A stretch of 36,898 nucleotides of DNA, from positions 1 to 36,898 of the forward strand of contig JAUSCU010000025.1 in the NCBI GenBank assembly GCA_030651065.1, given 5' to 3'. Under the pieces are notes generated by a model. It saw only the letters and a program-made list of their open reading frames with translations, did not search any database and had not been told where the DNA came from. Source of the stretch: Candidatus Omnitrophota bacterium (lineage in GTDB: Bacteria > Omnitrophota > Gorgyraeia > 1-14-0-20-64-10). Position numbers and translations under genes: made by a program. Shown here one piece after another: positions 8,781 through 18,430 of the stretch. Each line of letters starts with the position of its first letter. Within the stretch, counting starts at the first letter, position 1.

Positions 8781-10415
8781 TTAGATTGGGCAGACCGTGT
8801 GCCCAAGCTGTTCGGTGAGACGGACGTGTTCCTGCTTATCGATGGGGATCTCAATCACGCTGGGAACCTTCAGCGCCAACGCCTCTTTAAGAACCTTCCG
8901 GAAGTCACGGGCTGATTCGATCCGCCAGCCCCGGGCGCCGAACGATTCGGCGAATTTGACGAAATCCGGGTTTCCGAATTCCACCCCGAAGGACCGCCCG
9001 AACTTGGCTTTCTGTTTGGCCTGGATCAGCCCGAACCCATTGTCGTTGAATAGGATGATCACCGGGTTCACCTTGAGCCGCACCGCCGTCTCCAGCTCGT
9101 GCGAGTTCATTAGGAACCCGCCGTCGCCGCAGACCGCCACGACCGGGCGGGCCGGGTCAATCAGCTTGGCCGCGATCGCCCCCGGCAGCGCGATCCCCAT
9201 CGAGGCGAACCCGTTGGAGATGATCACCGTGTTCGGCTCGGTGGGCAGGAACATCCGGGCGATCCAGAGCTTGTGGGCGCCGACATCGCTGATCACCAGG
9301 TCGTTGCGGCCCAACACGTCGCGGAGGTCCCGCAGGATCCGCTGCGGCTTGATCGGGGAGGAATCGTCCCGCGCGCAGCGCTCCAGATCGGCGAGGATGT
9401 ACTCCCGCAGCTTCTTCGGAAAGGAAAGTTGCTTCCGCTCACCGATCAGCGGGCTCAGCAGCTCGAGCGTCTCCCGGATGTCGGCTGCGATCTCGACGCT
9501 GGGCTGGTAGGCGGCGTCCACCTCGCTCGTCGTGAAATCAATGTGGATGATTTTTTTGTCCCGCTTCGGGTTCCAGAGGGAGGGGGCGTACTCCACGAAA
9601 TCGTAGCCGACGGCGATCACCAGGTCCGCCTGGTCGAAGCCGCAGTTCACATAGTCGTGCGCTTGAAGCCCGATCGCCAGCAGCGAGAGGTCGTACTCCC
9701 AGGGAACCACCCCTTTCCCCATGAAGGTATTGGCGACCGGGATTCCGGTCGCTTTTGAGAATCTCAGGAGCTCCTCCGAAGCGCGGCCGCGGATCACGCC
9801 ATTGCCGGCCAGAAGGATCGGGCGGGCGGCCGCCCGAATCAGTTCCGCGGCACTCTGCAGCGAGGGGCGATCCGGCGAGGGGCGGCGCGCCCGCTCCGGC
9901 TCGAGCGGCTGTCCCTCCACCTCCGAGCCGGCGACATCCTCCGGAAGTTCGATGTGGCAGGGCCCCGGCTTCTCGGTCTGTGCCACCTTGAAGGCCTTGC
10001 GGACAATCTCGGGGATGGCGCTGCCTCGGTCCACCTGCGCGTTCCACTTCGTGATGGTCCGGAACATCCCCACCACGTCGATCGCCTGATGGGATTCTTT
10101 GTGGAGGCGGCCCAAGCCGGCCTGCGCCGTAATGGCCACCAGAGGGGCCCGGTCGAGGAAAGCGTCGGCCACGCCGGTGACCAGGTTAGTGGCCCCCGGC
10201 CCCAGCGTGCTCAGACAAACACCTGCCCGGCCGGTGATTCGCCCGTAGACGTCGGCCATGAAAGCAGCCGCCTGCTCGTGGCGGACCGGGATGAATCGAA
10301 TGTGGGATTCGGAGAGAGCGTCCAGGAATTCCAAGTTCTCCTCCCCGGCAAGTCCGAAGATGAACTCCACCCCTTCGGCTTCCAGACAGCGGACGAACAG
10401 CGAGGCGGCTTTCAT
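8781..10415 (-). CDS. ilvB: Acetolactate synthase large subunit (TPP-dependent)
   Basis: RHEQAAAFMA, STLGPGATNL, TFMGKG, SDVGAH, TPP motif GDGGFLMNSHELETA...NDNGFG. No small regulatory subunit nearby, so it may be the catabolic type. Confidence 0.88.
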   Translation of the reverse strand: MKAASLFVRCLEAEGVEFIFGLAGEENLEFLDALSESHIRFIPVRHEQAAAFMADVYGRITGRAGVCLSTLGPGATNLVTGVADAFLDRAPLVAITAQAGLGRLHKESHQAIDVVGMFRTITKWNAQVDRGSAIPEIVRKAFKVAQTEKPGPCHIELPEDVAGSEVEGQPLEPERARRPSPDRPSLQSAAELIRAAARPILLAGNGVIRGRASEELLRFSKATGIPVANTFMGKGVVPWEYDLSLLAIGLQAHDYVNCGFDQADLVIAVGYDFVEYAPSLWNPKRDKKIIHIDFTTSEVDAAYQPSVEIAADIRETLELLSPLIGERKQLSFPKKLREYILADLERCARDDSSPIKPQRILRDLRDVLGRNDLVISDVGAHKLWIARMFLPTEPNTVIISNGFASMGIALPGAIAAKLIDPARPVVAVCGDGGFLMNSHELETAVRLKVNPVIILFNDNGFGLIQAKQKAKFGRSFGVEFGNPDFVKFAESFGARGWRIESARDFRKVLKEALALKVPSVIEIPIDKQEHVRLTEQLGHTVCPI

Positions 10416-10432
10416 AGGACTCCTAGCTTAGC
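10411..10432 (-). repeat. 22-bp direct repeat, copy 1 (start region of the acetolactate synthase gene)
   Basis: TTCATAGGACTCCTAGCTTAGC, identical to 11847-11868. Confidence 0.9.
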
Positions 10433-10438
10433 CGGAAA

Positions 10439-11851
10439 CTATCCTTTAAGCCAGCGGACGCGGCGGTCCGACTCCCGGCGCGCCAGGAAGCGCTCCCATT
10501 GAGCCAAACGGAGCGGTTCCTCCGGCATCGGAAACCGGGCGTGGATCTTCTCTTTCAAGTCGGGATGAAACCGGAAGTAGACCCCCAGGTCATAAGGATA
10601 GGAGGCCTCATCGACTCCGATGAAATCGCCCTGGAGGCGGGCCTTGCGAAGGATCGACCTCCATTCTTGAATGGAGGTCTGGCCCATCCCCAGCACGGAG
10701 TTCGCGAAGAGGGTCAGGTAGACCTCGTTGAACGGTCCCCGCCGCCGGATATACCGCTCCAGTTCCCGGGCCGATCTGCCCGTGTTGAAGACCATCCAGA
10801 AAGGGATCGATCCCGTCCGCAGGCACCACCAGGGATCCAGGAGAAGGAAGTCTTCCGCCAAAATCCGGCTGGAACGAATCCCACGCTTCCGGTACCAGTC
10901 CCGGTACAAGTCGGCCACCAATGGGCTGACATCGGCCGGATCTTCGAAGACGAGGCGGCGCACGCGCCACCCCTGGCGCTTGGCCAGCCGCCGGAGATCT
11001 TCCAACAGCTCCGGCTCGAACCCCCATTCCGCCTCCGGGCGGTTCGCGTCCGGCTTCGGGATATCCCAGCGCCGGAAACGGGATCCCTGTTCTTTCAGAA
11101 AACGGGCCACCCTGGGGCCGCCGGAAAGGTACCCCTTCGCCTCCAGCCCTCCGTACCCGCCCACCTGAAAATAGTGCCGGGGGCCCAGCTGGCTCATCGG
11201 CCACGAATAGCGGCATTCGGCCACCATCAGCGTTCCGCCGCGGGGAAGGCTCTTTTTCAAGAAGCGTTCGTACGTTTCGTCCAGCCGCAAGTACTTGATC
11301 CGGAAATATCCCATCTGCCGGATCATCAGCCGGTCTTGGACAGGATCGCGCATCTGGTTGATCTGCATCCCGGGGTTCCGCTCCAGGAAACGGGCGGCAG
11401 GCTCCTTGAACGATTCCATGTCCTTTCTCACCGCGTCCGGATCCAGCCGGGAGCGGCGGCGCACCGGGACCAGGACCGTTTGCGGCAGCCACGGAATCCC
11501 CAGCGCCGCGCACAAATGGATCAGCGCCCCCCCGGAAGAACCGATCATCACCGCAGGGTAAGTCCTCTTCCTGGGGTACTTCTGGACCACCCACTGGGAG
11601 ATGTTCTTGGAACTCAGCCGCGCGATCTCTTTGGGGAGAACCGCTTCGCGGCGCCCGCCGAAGATATAGATGAGTTTACGAAATAACTTGGGCGGCGCGT
11701 TCACCCACGCCGCCATCGCGCGGCTGGGCGGCACGAACCCCATTCCGGATATGTCTTTCCCGCGCAGGTAGTTCGCCGTCGCCAGCAGCATCGTCGAAGA
11801 AGAATCAATCTTGGCGATGCAGCGGTCCGCCAGCGATACCGGTTTCTTCAT
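10439..11851 (-). CDS. Hypothetical protein (470 aa, very basic)
   Basis: Long ORF with AGGAG upstream, co-directional with its neighbours. Motif-like stretches (MIGSSGGALIHLCAALGIPWLPQT, QVGGYGG, PEAEWGF), but no function recognised. Confidence 0.8.
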   Translation of the reverse strand: MKKPVSLADRCIAKIDSSSTMLLATANYLRGKDISGMGFVPPSRAMAAWVNAPPKLFRKLIYIFGGRREAVLPKEIARLSSKNISQWVVQKYPRKRTYPAVMIGSSGGALIHLCAALGIPWLPQTVLVPVRRRSRLDPDAVRKDMESFKEPAARFLERNPGMQINQMRDPVQDRLMIRQMGYFRIKYLRLDETYERFLKKSLPRGGTLMVAECRYSWPMSQLGPRHYFQVGGYGGLEAKGYLSGGPRVARFLKEQGSRFRRWDIPKPDANRPEAEWGFEPELLEDLRRLAKRQGWRVRRLVFEDPADVSPLVADLYRDWYRKRGIRSSRILAEDFLLLDPWWCLRTGSIPFWMVFNTGRSARELERYIRRRGPFNEVYLTLFANSVLGMGQTSIQEWRSILRKARLQGDFIGVDEASYPYDLGVYFRFHPDLKEKIHARFPMPEEPLRLAQWERFLARRESDRRVRWLKG

Positions 11852-11868
11852 AGGACTCCTAGCTTAGC
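11847..11868 (-). repeat. 22-bp direct repeat, copy 2 (start region of the 470-aa gene)
   Basis: Identical to 10411-10432; on the minus strand it contains TAAGCT, AGGAG and ATG. Confidence 0.9.
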
Positions 11869-11983
11869 ACAGAGGCATTTCCCTGATGGAAGATCGAGAG
11901 GTTGCCCTGATTGCCCGGTTCCGGCCTCAGGTTTTACACTGTTCTTAGATGAAGAACGGTGCTTAAACGAGGAGGGAACTGCG

Positions 11984-12190
11984 ATGGAACGATCCGTTTC
12001 TGTGGTGTTATTGGTGGTGGGCGCGGCGCTGTTCTTTTATGGGCTTCAAGCCGCCGATTCGATGAGTTCCGCTCTTTCGGAGCTGTTCAGCGGCGCTCCC
12101 AGCAACAAGGCAATTTGGCTGACTGTCGTCGGCGCGATCGTGGCAGGCCTGGGCCTGACAGGATTATTGCGCGGAAGATCGTCGGTTTAA
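11984..12190 (+). CDS. DUF3185-like small membrane protein
   Basis: GAGGAGGG RBS; 68 aa with two TM helices around ADSMSSALSELFSGAPSNKAIW. Confidence 0.8.
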   Translation: MERSVSVVLLVVGAALFFYGLQAADSMSSALSELFSGAPSNKAIWLTVVGAIVAGLGLTGLLRGRSSV

Positions 12191-12208
12191 ACTAAGAAAC
12201 GGAACAGC

Positions 12209-12241
12209 GTCACGGGGGGCCTCTACGGCCCTTCCCGTGAC
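12209..12241 (+). terminator. GC-rich stem-loop after the DUF3185 gene
   Basis: GTCACGGG-GGGCC-tctac-GGCCC-tt-CCCGTGAC inverted repeat; no U-tract. Confidence 0.5.
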
Positions 12242-12257
12242 CTGATACACTGTCTCC

Positions 12258-14474
12258 ATGTGGATGAGATGGCTGCCGTGGAGGATGTTCATTAGCATCT
12301 CGGCCAAGCGGAACGGTTTTCTGGATCCGATCCAGCTGCTCTCGCGGCTGCAGCGGTTCTCTCAGCCGGCCTCCGTGCTGGCCCCCACCGAACTGCTCCG
12401 CTCAGGCGCCATCCTCCACGCCCGCGGCCTGGTGAACAGCCATGCGATCCAGAACAACATGGACTGGGTCTGGCCCTACTGGGTGGCCCGCCAGTTCAAT
12501 CCCCATGACGAATCTTTCATCCCCCGCGCCTTCGCGCTGACCCACATCAACATGACTCACCGGAATTGGACCGCCGTGGGGTTGCCGGATCTGGACGCGT
12601 TCCCCATCGTGGATGAGCGCGGTCTGCTCACCCCCCTGCTGGACGGCTGGTCGCTGGATGCCTGGGTGATCTGCCCGGGCAAGCAAGCGCTGATCCCGGC
12701 CCGGCTGGCCGGGGCCCGGCAGAGTATGCATTTCAACGGAGGGCTGGCGGTGATCACCGAGGCGGTGGGGGACTGGGCTTCCCTCAATCTGCACGCCGAG
12801 GTGGTCAAGGAAGGAGACCGGGCGGTCTGCCGCCTTCGGATCAGCGCGCAGGCCGACCGTCGGGCCTGGCTGGCACTCGCGCTGCGGCCTTACAACCCGG
12901 AGGGGATTAGTTTCATCCACGACATTGAGCTGCTGCCCGGCCGGACCGGCTGGAAAGTGAACGGCCGGGAGGAAGTCCATTTCGACGCGGTTCCCGACCT
13001 GCACGCGTTCTCCCATTACCGGCTCGGGGACGTGTTCCACCTGCTGCCGCTGGACGATCCGGCTCCTAAGGTCCGGTCCCATGTCGGGATGGCAACCGCC
13101 GCAGCGCTGTTCGCGCTGGAGCCGGACAAGCGGCGCGAGATCAGCGCGGGGGTGCCGCTGGCCCCCGCCGAACAGGCCGGTGACTGGGATCGGGTCACCC
13201 TGGAACACGGACGCGTGCGGTTGCCGGACGCGCGCGCGCAGTACGTCTGGGACACCGCGGTACGGGCGCTCATTCTCCACAGCCCCGGACCGGTCTACCC
13301 CGGCCCTTACACCTATAAACGGTTCTGGTTCCGTGACGCGGCGTTCATCGTGCAGGCATTGCTCTGCACGGGCCAGGCGGAGCGGGCGGAGCGGGCGCTG
13401 GACCTGTTCCCTTCCAAACAGACGGCGTTCGGCTATTTTCTTTCACAGGAAGGAGAGTGGGACTCCAACGGGCAGGCGCTCTGGGCGTTCCAGCAGTTCT
13501 GCCAGCTGACCGGCCGGCCCGTCAAGCCGGCCTGGTGGCCCTGCATTCTGCGGGGCGCGCAATGGATCATCCGGAAACGGCTTCCGGACGGCGATCTTGC
13601 CCATTCCGGCCTTCTGCCGGCCGGGTTCAGCGCGGAGCACTTCGGACCGAATGATTATTATTACTGGGACGATTTCTGGGCGGTGGCCGGGTTGAGAGCG
13701 GCGGCTTTCCTGGCCGACTCTTTCGGGAACCAAGCCACCGCCCGGCAATTTCGCGAGGAGGCCGCGGATCTGCTTGTCTGCATCGAGCGCAGCCTCGAGC
13801 GATGCGCGCAGCGGCTGGGACAGCCGGCCATGCCGGCCTCTCCGTACCGGCGCCTGGATGCCGGCGCGATCGGCTTGTTGACCTCCGGATACCCGCTGGA
13901 GATCTTCGACAGGCAGGATCTCCGGCTCCTGAAGACTGCCGAGTACCTCTACGATCATTGCCTCGTGAACCGGGCTTTCTTCCAGGAGATCAGCCACTCC
14001 GGCATGAACCCGTATCTGACGCTTCACTTGGCCCAAGTCTTCCTGCGCGCCGGCGATCCCCGCTGTTTCGAGCTGATCGATGGGGTGCTGGATCTGGCCT
14101 CCTCAACCGGTCAGTGGCCGGAGGCCGTTCACCCCCGCACGGGGGGCGGCTGCATGGGGGATGGGCAGCACATCTGGGCTTCGGCGGAATGGCTGATGAT
14201 GATCCGCAACTGCTTCGCGCGGGAAGAAGGGGACCGGCTGGTTCTGGGATCGGGGCTGTTGCCCCGATGGTTGGCCAGCGGGGAGCCGATGTCGATCCAG
14301 CAGGCCCCCACCCGTTTCGGGACCGTCTCGGTCACCGTAAAGCCGGGCCCGCGCGGCGCCCATGTCCATTGGAGCGGCGTGTGGCACGGGTCACAGCCGG
14401 CCATCGAGCTCCGTCTGCCGGGTCACTCTCCGCTGTTGGCGGACCCGGATCAGAATTCAGCAGAACTGCCTTGA
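12258..14474 (+). CDS. Six-hairpin glycosidase-like protein (GH15/GH63-like fold)
   Basis: PGPYTYKRFWFRDAA, GEWDSNGQALW, GLLPAGFSAEH, YYWDDFW, GQWPEA, GDGQHIWA suggest an (alpha/alpha)6 glycosidase; substrate unknown. Confidence 0.7.
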   Translation: MWMRWLPWRMFISISAKRNGFLDPIQLLSRLQRFSQPASVLAPTELLRSGAILHARGLVNSHAIQNNMDWVWPYWVARQFNPHDESFIPRAFALTHINMTHRNWTAVGLPDLDAFPIVDERGLLTPLLDGWSLDAWVICPGKQALIPARLAGARQSMHFNGGLAVITEAVGDWASLNLHAEVVKEGDRAVCRLRISAQADRRAWLALALRPYNPEGISFIHDIELLPGRTGWKVNGREEVHFDAVPDLHAFSHYRLGDVFHLLPLDDPAPKVRSHVGMATAAALFALEPDKRREISAGVPLAPAEQAGDWDRVTLEHGRVRLPDARAQYVWDTAVRALILHSPGPVYPGPYTYKRFWFRDAAFIVQALLCTGQAERAERALDLFPSKQTAFGYFLSQEGEWDSNGQALWAFQQFCQLTGRPVKPAWWPCILRGAQWIIRKRLPDGDLAHSGLLPAGFSAEHFGPNDYYYWDDFWAVAGLRAAAFLADSFGNQATARQFREEAADLLVCIERSLERCAQRLGQPAMPASPYRRLDAGAIGLLTSGYPLEIFDRQDLRLLKTAEYLYDHCLVNRAFFQEISHSGMNPYLTLHLAQVFLRAGDPRCFELIDGVLDLASSTGQWPEAVHPRTGGGCMGDGQHIWASAEWLMMIRNCFAREEGDRLVLGSGLLPRWLASGEPMSIQQAPTRFGTVSVTVKPGPRGAHVHWSGVWHGSQPAIELRLPGHSPLLADPDQNSAELP

Positions 14475-14495
14475 TCTCCGAGACATTGGAAACGG

Positions 14496-16790
14496 ATGCT
14501 GGACCGGATTGAGGTTTTTCTCCGAAGGTTTCACCGGAGTTTCAACCGGGCCAAGTGGGCCGTCCGGCTCCTCCGGCTGAAGCAGCTCCCTCCGGGCAAT
14601 AACGCGCCCGGCCTTCTGCTGATCCAAATCGACGGGCTGGCCTTCCCCCAATTCCAACAGGCTTTGAAGGACGGGCGCCTGCCATTCCTTCACCGCCTGA
14701 TTCAACGCCAGGGCTACCGTCTCCACTCCCTTTATTCCGGCCTTCCCTCCGCCACGCCGGGCGTGCAGGGGGAACTTTTTTACGGCGTGAAGGGCTGCGT
14801 GCCCTCTTTCAGCTTTCTGGTCCGGAAGGACGGCCGGATCCGGAAGATGTACGACCCCCGCTCCGTCCAAGAGGTGGAGAAGAGCCTGGCGAAGCAGGGA
14901 CAGCCGCTGTTGGAAGGGGGCAGCGCCTACTGCGACATCTTCTCCGGCGGAGCCGCGGAGTGCCATTACAGCGCCGCCAAACGGGGCTGGGACGGTATTC
15001 TGAGGGTGGCCAACCCGTTGATATTTCCTTTTTTCCTTCTACTGTTCGCGAATGTCGTGGTCCGGATAGCCAGGCTGTTGATTTGGGAGTTCGCGGTGGC
15101 TCTGTTCGAAGCGCTGCGCGGAGCGCTGAAAGGATTTTCGCTGATTCAGGAGTTGGAGTTCATCTCCATCCGCCTGAGCGTGTGCGTCTTCCTGAGGGAG
15201 ATGCTGGCCGCCGCCGTCCCGCTGGACATCGCGCGGGGCCTGCCGGTGATCCACCTGAACTTCTTCGGCTACGATGAGACCTCTCACCGCCGCGGGCCCG
15301 GCTCGAAATTCGCGCACTGGGCCCTGCCCGGAATTGACGCGGCGGCGGCCCGCATCTGGCGGGCCGCGCGGCAGACCGGGCACCGAAGCTACGACCTCTG
15401 GGTTTATTCCGACCACGGGCAGGAAGAAACGGTCCCCTACTCGCTGGGGCATTCCAAAACACTGGAGCAGGCCGTCTCGGAGATCCTGCGCCGGGATCTG
15501 CCGGACGTCCGGCTGGAGACCGTCGCCGGCATGGGGCCGATCGCGCACCTCTACCTTTCCCGCCCGCTGAATGAATCGGAGCGGGAGCGGCTGGCCCGCG
15601 CGCTGGTGGAGTCGGCGGGGATCCCGACAATCTTGGCGCCGGCCGGACCCGGCAAGGCCGCCGCTTGGAATGGGACCGGGACCTTATCTCTTCCGGAGGA
15701 CGCCGCAAGAGTATTGGGCCCAGAGCACCCGTTCTTGGCGGAGGCGGCGCAAGACCTCGTTTCCCTCTGCCATCACGCCCGTGCCGGGACCCTGCTGGCG
15801 CTGGGCTGGCGCCCGGGACAGCCCGCGAAAACCTTCCCGATGGAAAACGGGTCCCACGCGGGTCCCGGTTCCCAGGAGACGCATGCTTTCGCACTGCTGC
15901 CGCCCGACGCGCCGGTCGACCCGGACAAACCTTACCTGCGTCCCCTGGATTTGCGCCGGGCGGCTCTGCGGTTCCTGGGACGGCTGGAAGACCCGGAAAA
16001 ACAGGTGGTTTCCCTGCCGGGCCCCGCGCCCGCGGCGCGCCCAAAACTCCGGATCATGACTTACAACGTCCACAACTGTTTCGGACTGGACGGGAAGCTC
16101 TCCCCGGAACGGATCGCCCGGGTGATCGCCCGGCACCAGCCGGACGCCGTGGCGCTCCAGGAGCTGGATGTGAACCGGCTGCGAACCGGCCGCGTGGACC
16201 AGGCGGAGCAGATCGCGAAGAAACTCCGGATGACGTTCCACTTCCACACCTCGTTCCGGCTAGCGGACGAGCAGTACGGCAACGCGATTTTTAGCCGCTT
16301 TCCGATGCGGCTGATCCGGGCCGGCGGCTTGCCCCGCTTACCCGGCTCCCCCGTCGGCGAGCCGCGGAGCGCGCTCTGGGTGGAGCTGGATGTGCATGGA
16401 TCAGCAGTCCATCTGATCAACACGCACTTGAGTCTCTGGCCCGCCGAACGGCTGCTTCAGGCGGAAGCGTTGCTGGGGCCGGAGTGGGTCGGCAGCCGGG
16501 AGGCGCTGGGGCCTTTCCTTCTCTGTGGCGATTTTAACTCCACGCCCGGATCGGCCGTCTACCGGCGCCTCACGCGGTCATTCCGGGACGCCCAGCTGGC
16601 CCTGAAGAAACACTCACCCCGAGGGACTTGGTTCGGCCGCCACCCGTTCAGCCGGATCGACCACATCCTGATCAGCCCGGGCATTGAAGTGCTGGAGGTG
16701 GTTGTTTCGGACACGGAGTTGGATCAGGCGGCATCGGATCATCTCCCCCTGCTGGCGGAGCTTCGCATTCTGCTCCGCCGAAAACCTTAG
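14496..16790 (+). CDS. Alkaline-phosphatase-superfamily (phosphodiesterase) + endonuclease/exonuclease/phosphatase fusion
   Basis: N-part: IQIDGL, PSATP, YDETSH, SDHGQ, GSHAG. C-part: MTYNV, ALQE, YGNA, NTHL, GDFN, RIDHI, SDHLP. Confidence 0.85.
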   Translation: MLDRIEVFLRRFHRSFNRAKWAVRLLRLKQLPPGNNAPGLLLIQIDGLAFPQFQQALKDGRLPFLHRLIQRQGYRLHSLYSGLPSATPGVQGELFYGVKGCVPSFSFLVRKDGRIRKMYDPRSVQEVEKSLAKQGQPLLEGGSAYCDIFSGGAAECHYSAAKRGWDGILRVANPLIFPFFLLLFANVVVRIARLLIWEFAVALFEALRGALKGFSLIQELEFISIRLSVCVFLREMLAAAVPLDIARGLPVIHLNFFGYDETSHRRGPGSKFAHWALPGIDAAAARIWRAARQTGHRSYDLWVYSDHGQEETVPYSLGHSKTLEQAVSEILRRDLPDVRLETVAGMGPIAHLYLSRPLNESERERLARALVESAGIPTILAPAGPGKAAAWNGTGTLSLPEDAARVLGPEHPFLAEAAQDLVSLCHHARAGTLLALGWRPGQPAKTFPMENGSHAGPGSQETHAFALLPPDAPVDPDKPYLRPLDLRRAALRFLGRLEDPEKQVVSLPGPAPAARPKLRIMTYNVHNCFGLDGKLSPERIARVIARHQPDAVALQELDVNRLRTGRVDQAEQIAKKLRMTFHFHTSFRLADEQYGNAIFSRFPMRLIRAGGLPRLPGSPVGEPRSALWVELDVHGSAVHLINTHLSLWPAERLLQAEALLGPEWVGSREALGPFLLCGDFNSTPGSAVYRRLTRSFRDAQLALKKHSPRGTWFGRHPFSRIDHILISPGIEVLEVVVSDTELDQAASDHLPLLAELRILLRRKP

Positions 16791-16814
16791 ACCGGCTCCC
16801 TTAGGGCGGCCGGG

Positions 16815-18026
16815 CTACCGTCTCCCGCGGCCGGAATGCCCGTGAGAGGACCTTCTCGGGGGAGAGCTCCGGTCGGCCTTCCGGTAATCGAAACGGGGCA
16901 GCGTCACGCGCGGCAGCGTGCGGCCCAACGTCTGCTCGATCTCCTGCACTAGGGATTCCTCTTCTTTGTCCATCAGCGTGAAGGCGTCGCCGGTGGCCGC
17001 CGCTCGCGCGGTCCGGCCGATCCGGTGAACGTAATCGTCGGGACTGTGAGGCACATCGAAGTTGATCACGTGGCTGATCTGCTCAATGTCGATGCCGCGC
17101 GCCGCGACGTCGGTGGCCACCATCACCTGCGAGTCCCCATCGCGGAACCGCTCCAGCGCGAACATCCGCTGCTCCTGGGTGCGGTCTCCGTGCAGCACCG
17201 ACACGTGGACGCCCCGCCTCATCAGGTCGTGGGCCAACCGATCAGCCGAGCGCTTGGTACGGGTGAAGACCAGCACCGACTCCATCTCCTTCCCGCGCAG
17301 TAGCTCGTCCAGCAGGTCAGTTTTCAGGTGGTTCGGCACCGGATAGATCGCCTGCCGGATGCCGACCGCCGGCGACGAGCGCTGGCCGATCTGGACCGTC
17401 ACCGGATCGCGGAGAATATCGCGGGTCAGCCTCAGAATCTCCGGCGGCATCGTCGCGGAGAAGAGCAGGCTCTGCCGCTTGGGCGGCAAGAGGCGGAGGA
17501 TATTTTCGATGTCCGGAAGGAAACCCATGTCCAGCATCCGGTCCGCTTCGTCCAGCACGAGCACTTCCAGGTCCACGAAGTCGATCCGCCCGGAGTAGAT
17601 GTGGTCCAGAAGCCGGCCCGGCGTAGCGGAGAGGATGTCCACCCCCTTCTCCAGCGCCGAGATCTGCGGCGGCATCGGCGACCCGCCAAAAACGGCCAAT
17701 CCTTTCAGATGGACATAGCGGGAGAGAGACTTCAGGTGGTCCATGGACTGGTCGGCCAACTCACGGGTAGGGGCGATGATCAGGGCCCGGACGTGCTTGC
17801 CGCTCTTGCCCTGCAACAGCCGGTGCAGGATCGGAAGCACGAAGGCGGCCGTCTTGCCGGTCCCGGTCTGGGCGCAGCCGATTAGGTCGCGGCCCGCCAG
17901 AATGTGGGGGATCGCCTGCGCCTGGATCGGCGTGGGGTGCAGGAACCCCAAGTCGTGGATCCCTTTTAGGAGGTTCGAGTCGAGGCCAAGACCCTCAAAC
18001 GTGAGCCCCTCCGCGGGCGCGTTCAT
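16815..18026 (-). CDS. rhlE: DEAD-box RNA helicase
   Basis: PTPIQ Q-motif, AQTGTGKT, PTRELA, DEAD, SAT, ARGID, HRIGRTAR. Confidence 0.93.
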   Translation of the reverse strand: MNAPAEGLTFEGLGLDSNLLKGIHDLGFLHPTPIQAQAIPHILAGRDLIGCAQTGTGKTAAFVLPILHRLLQGKSGKHVRALIIAPTRELADQSMDHLKSLSRYVHLKGLAVFGGSPMPPQISALEKGVDILSATPGRLLDHIYSGRIDFVDLEVLVLDEADRMLDMGFLPDIENILRLLPPKRQSLLFSATMPPEILRLTRDILRDPVTVQIGQRSSPAVGIRQAIYPVPNHLKTDLLDELLRGKEMESVLVFTRTKRSADRLAHDLMRRGVHVSVLHGDRTQEQRMFALERFRDGDSQVMVATDVAARGIDIEQISHVINFDVPHSPDDYVHRIGRTARAAATGDAFTLMDKEEESLVQEIEQTLGRTLPRVTLPRFDYRKADRSSPPRRSSHGHSGRGRR

Positions 18027-18430
18027 GAAGCGGTGGTCTGCAGGGCGACCCGCTCAATTCCCAGTTTTCGCATTTCATCCAGCGCCTTTACCACGTTACC
18101 GAAATCGGAACCGGCGTCCCCCTGCAGGATCACCTTCAGGCCCGGATCTTTCCGCTGAAGCGCCTGGAGCTGGCGGCGCAGCGCCTCAAAGCTCACCGCC
18201 TGCTTGTTGAGGTAGAAAGCCCCTTGCTTTGAGACGGAGACCGTCGCCGGAGCGTCCGCCAGGTTAGGCTTGCCCGTCGCGGCGACCGGAAGCCGGACCG
18301 GGATCCCCTGGTTCTTCACCATCGAGAGGGAGACCATCAGAAAAGAGGCCAACAGAAAGAAGATGACATCGATCAGCGGGATGATTTCAATTCGAGGACG
18401 GCGTTGGAGAGAATCGAAGGGTACTTTCAT
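18023..18430 (-). CDS. exbD: Biopolymer transport protein ExbD/TolR
   Basis: IEIIPLIDVIFFLL TM with the conserved Asp; ILQGD...VVKALD periplasmic domain. Confidence 0.92.
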   Translation of the reverse strand: MKVPFDSLQRRPRIEIIPLIDVIFFLLASFLMVSLSMVKNQGIPVRLPVAATGKPNLADAPATVSVSKQGAFYLNKQAVSFEALRRQLQALQRKDPGLKVILQGDAGSDFGNVVKALDEMRKLGIERVALQTTAS

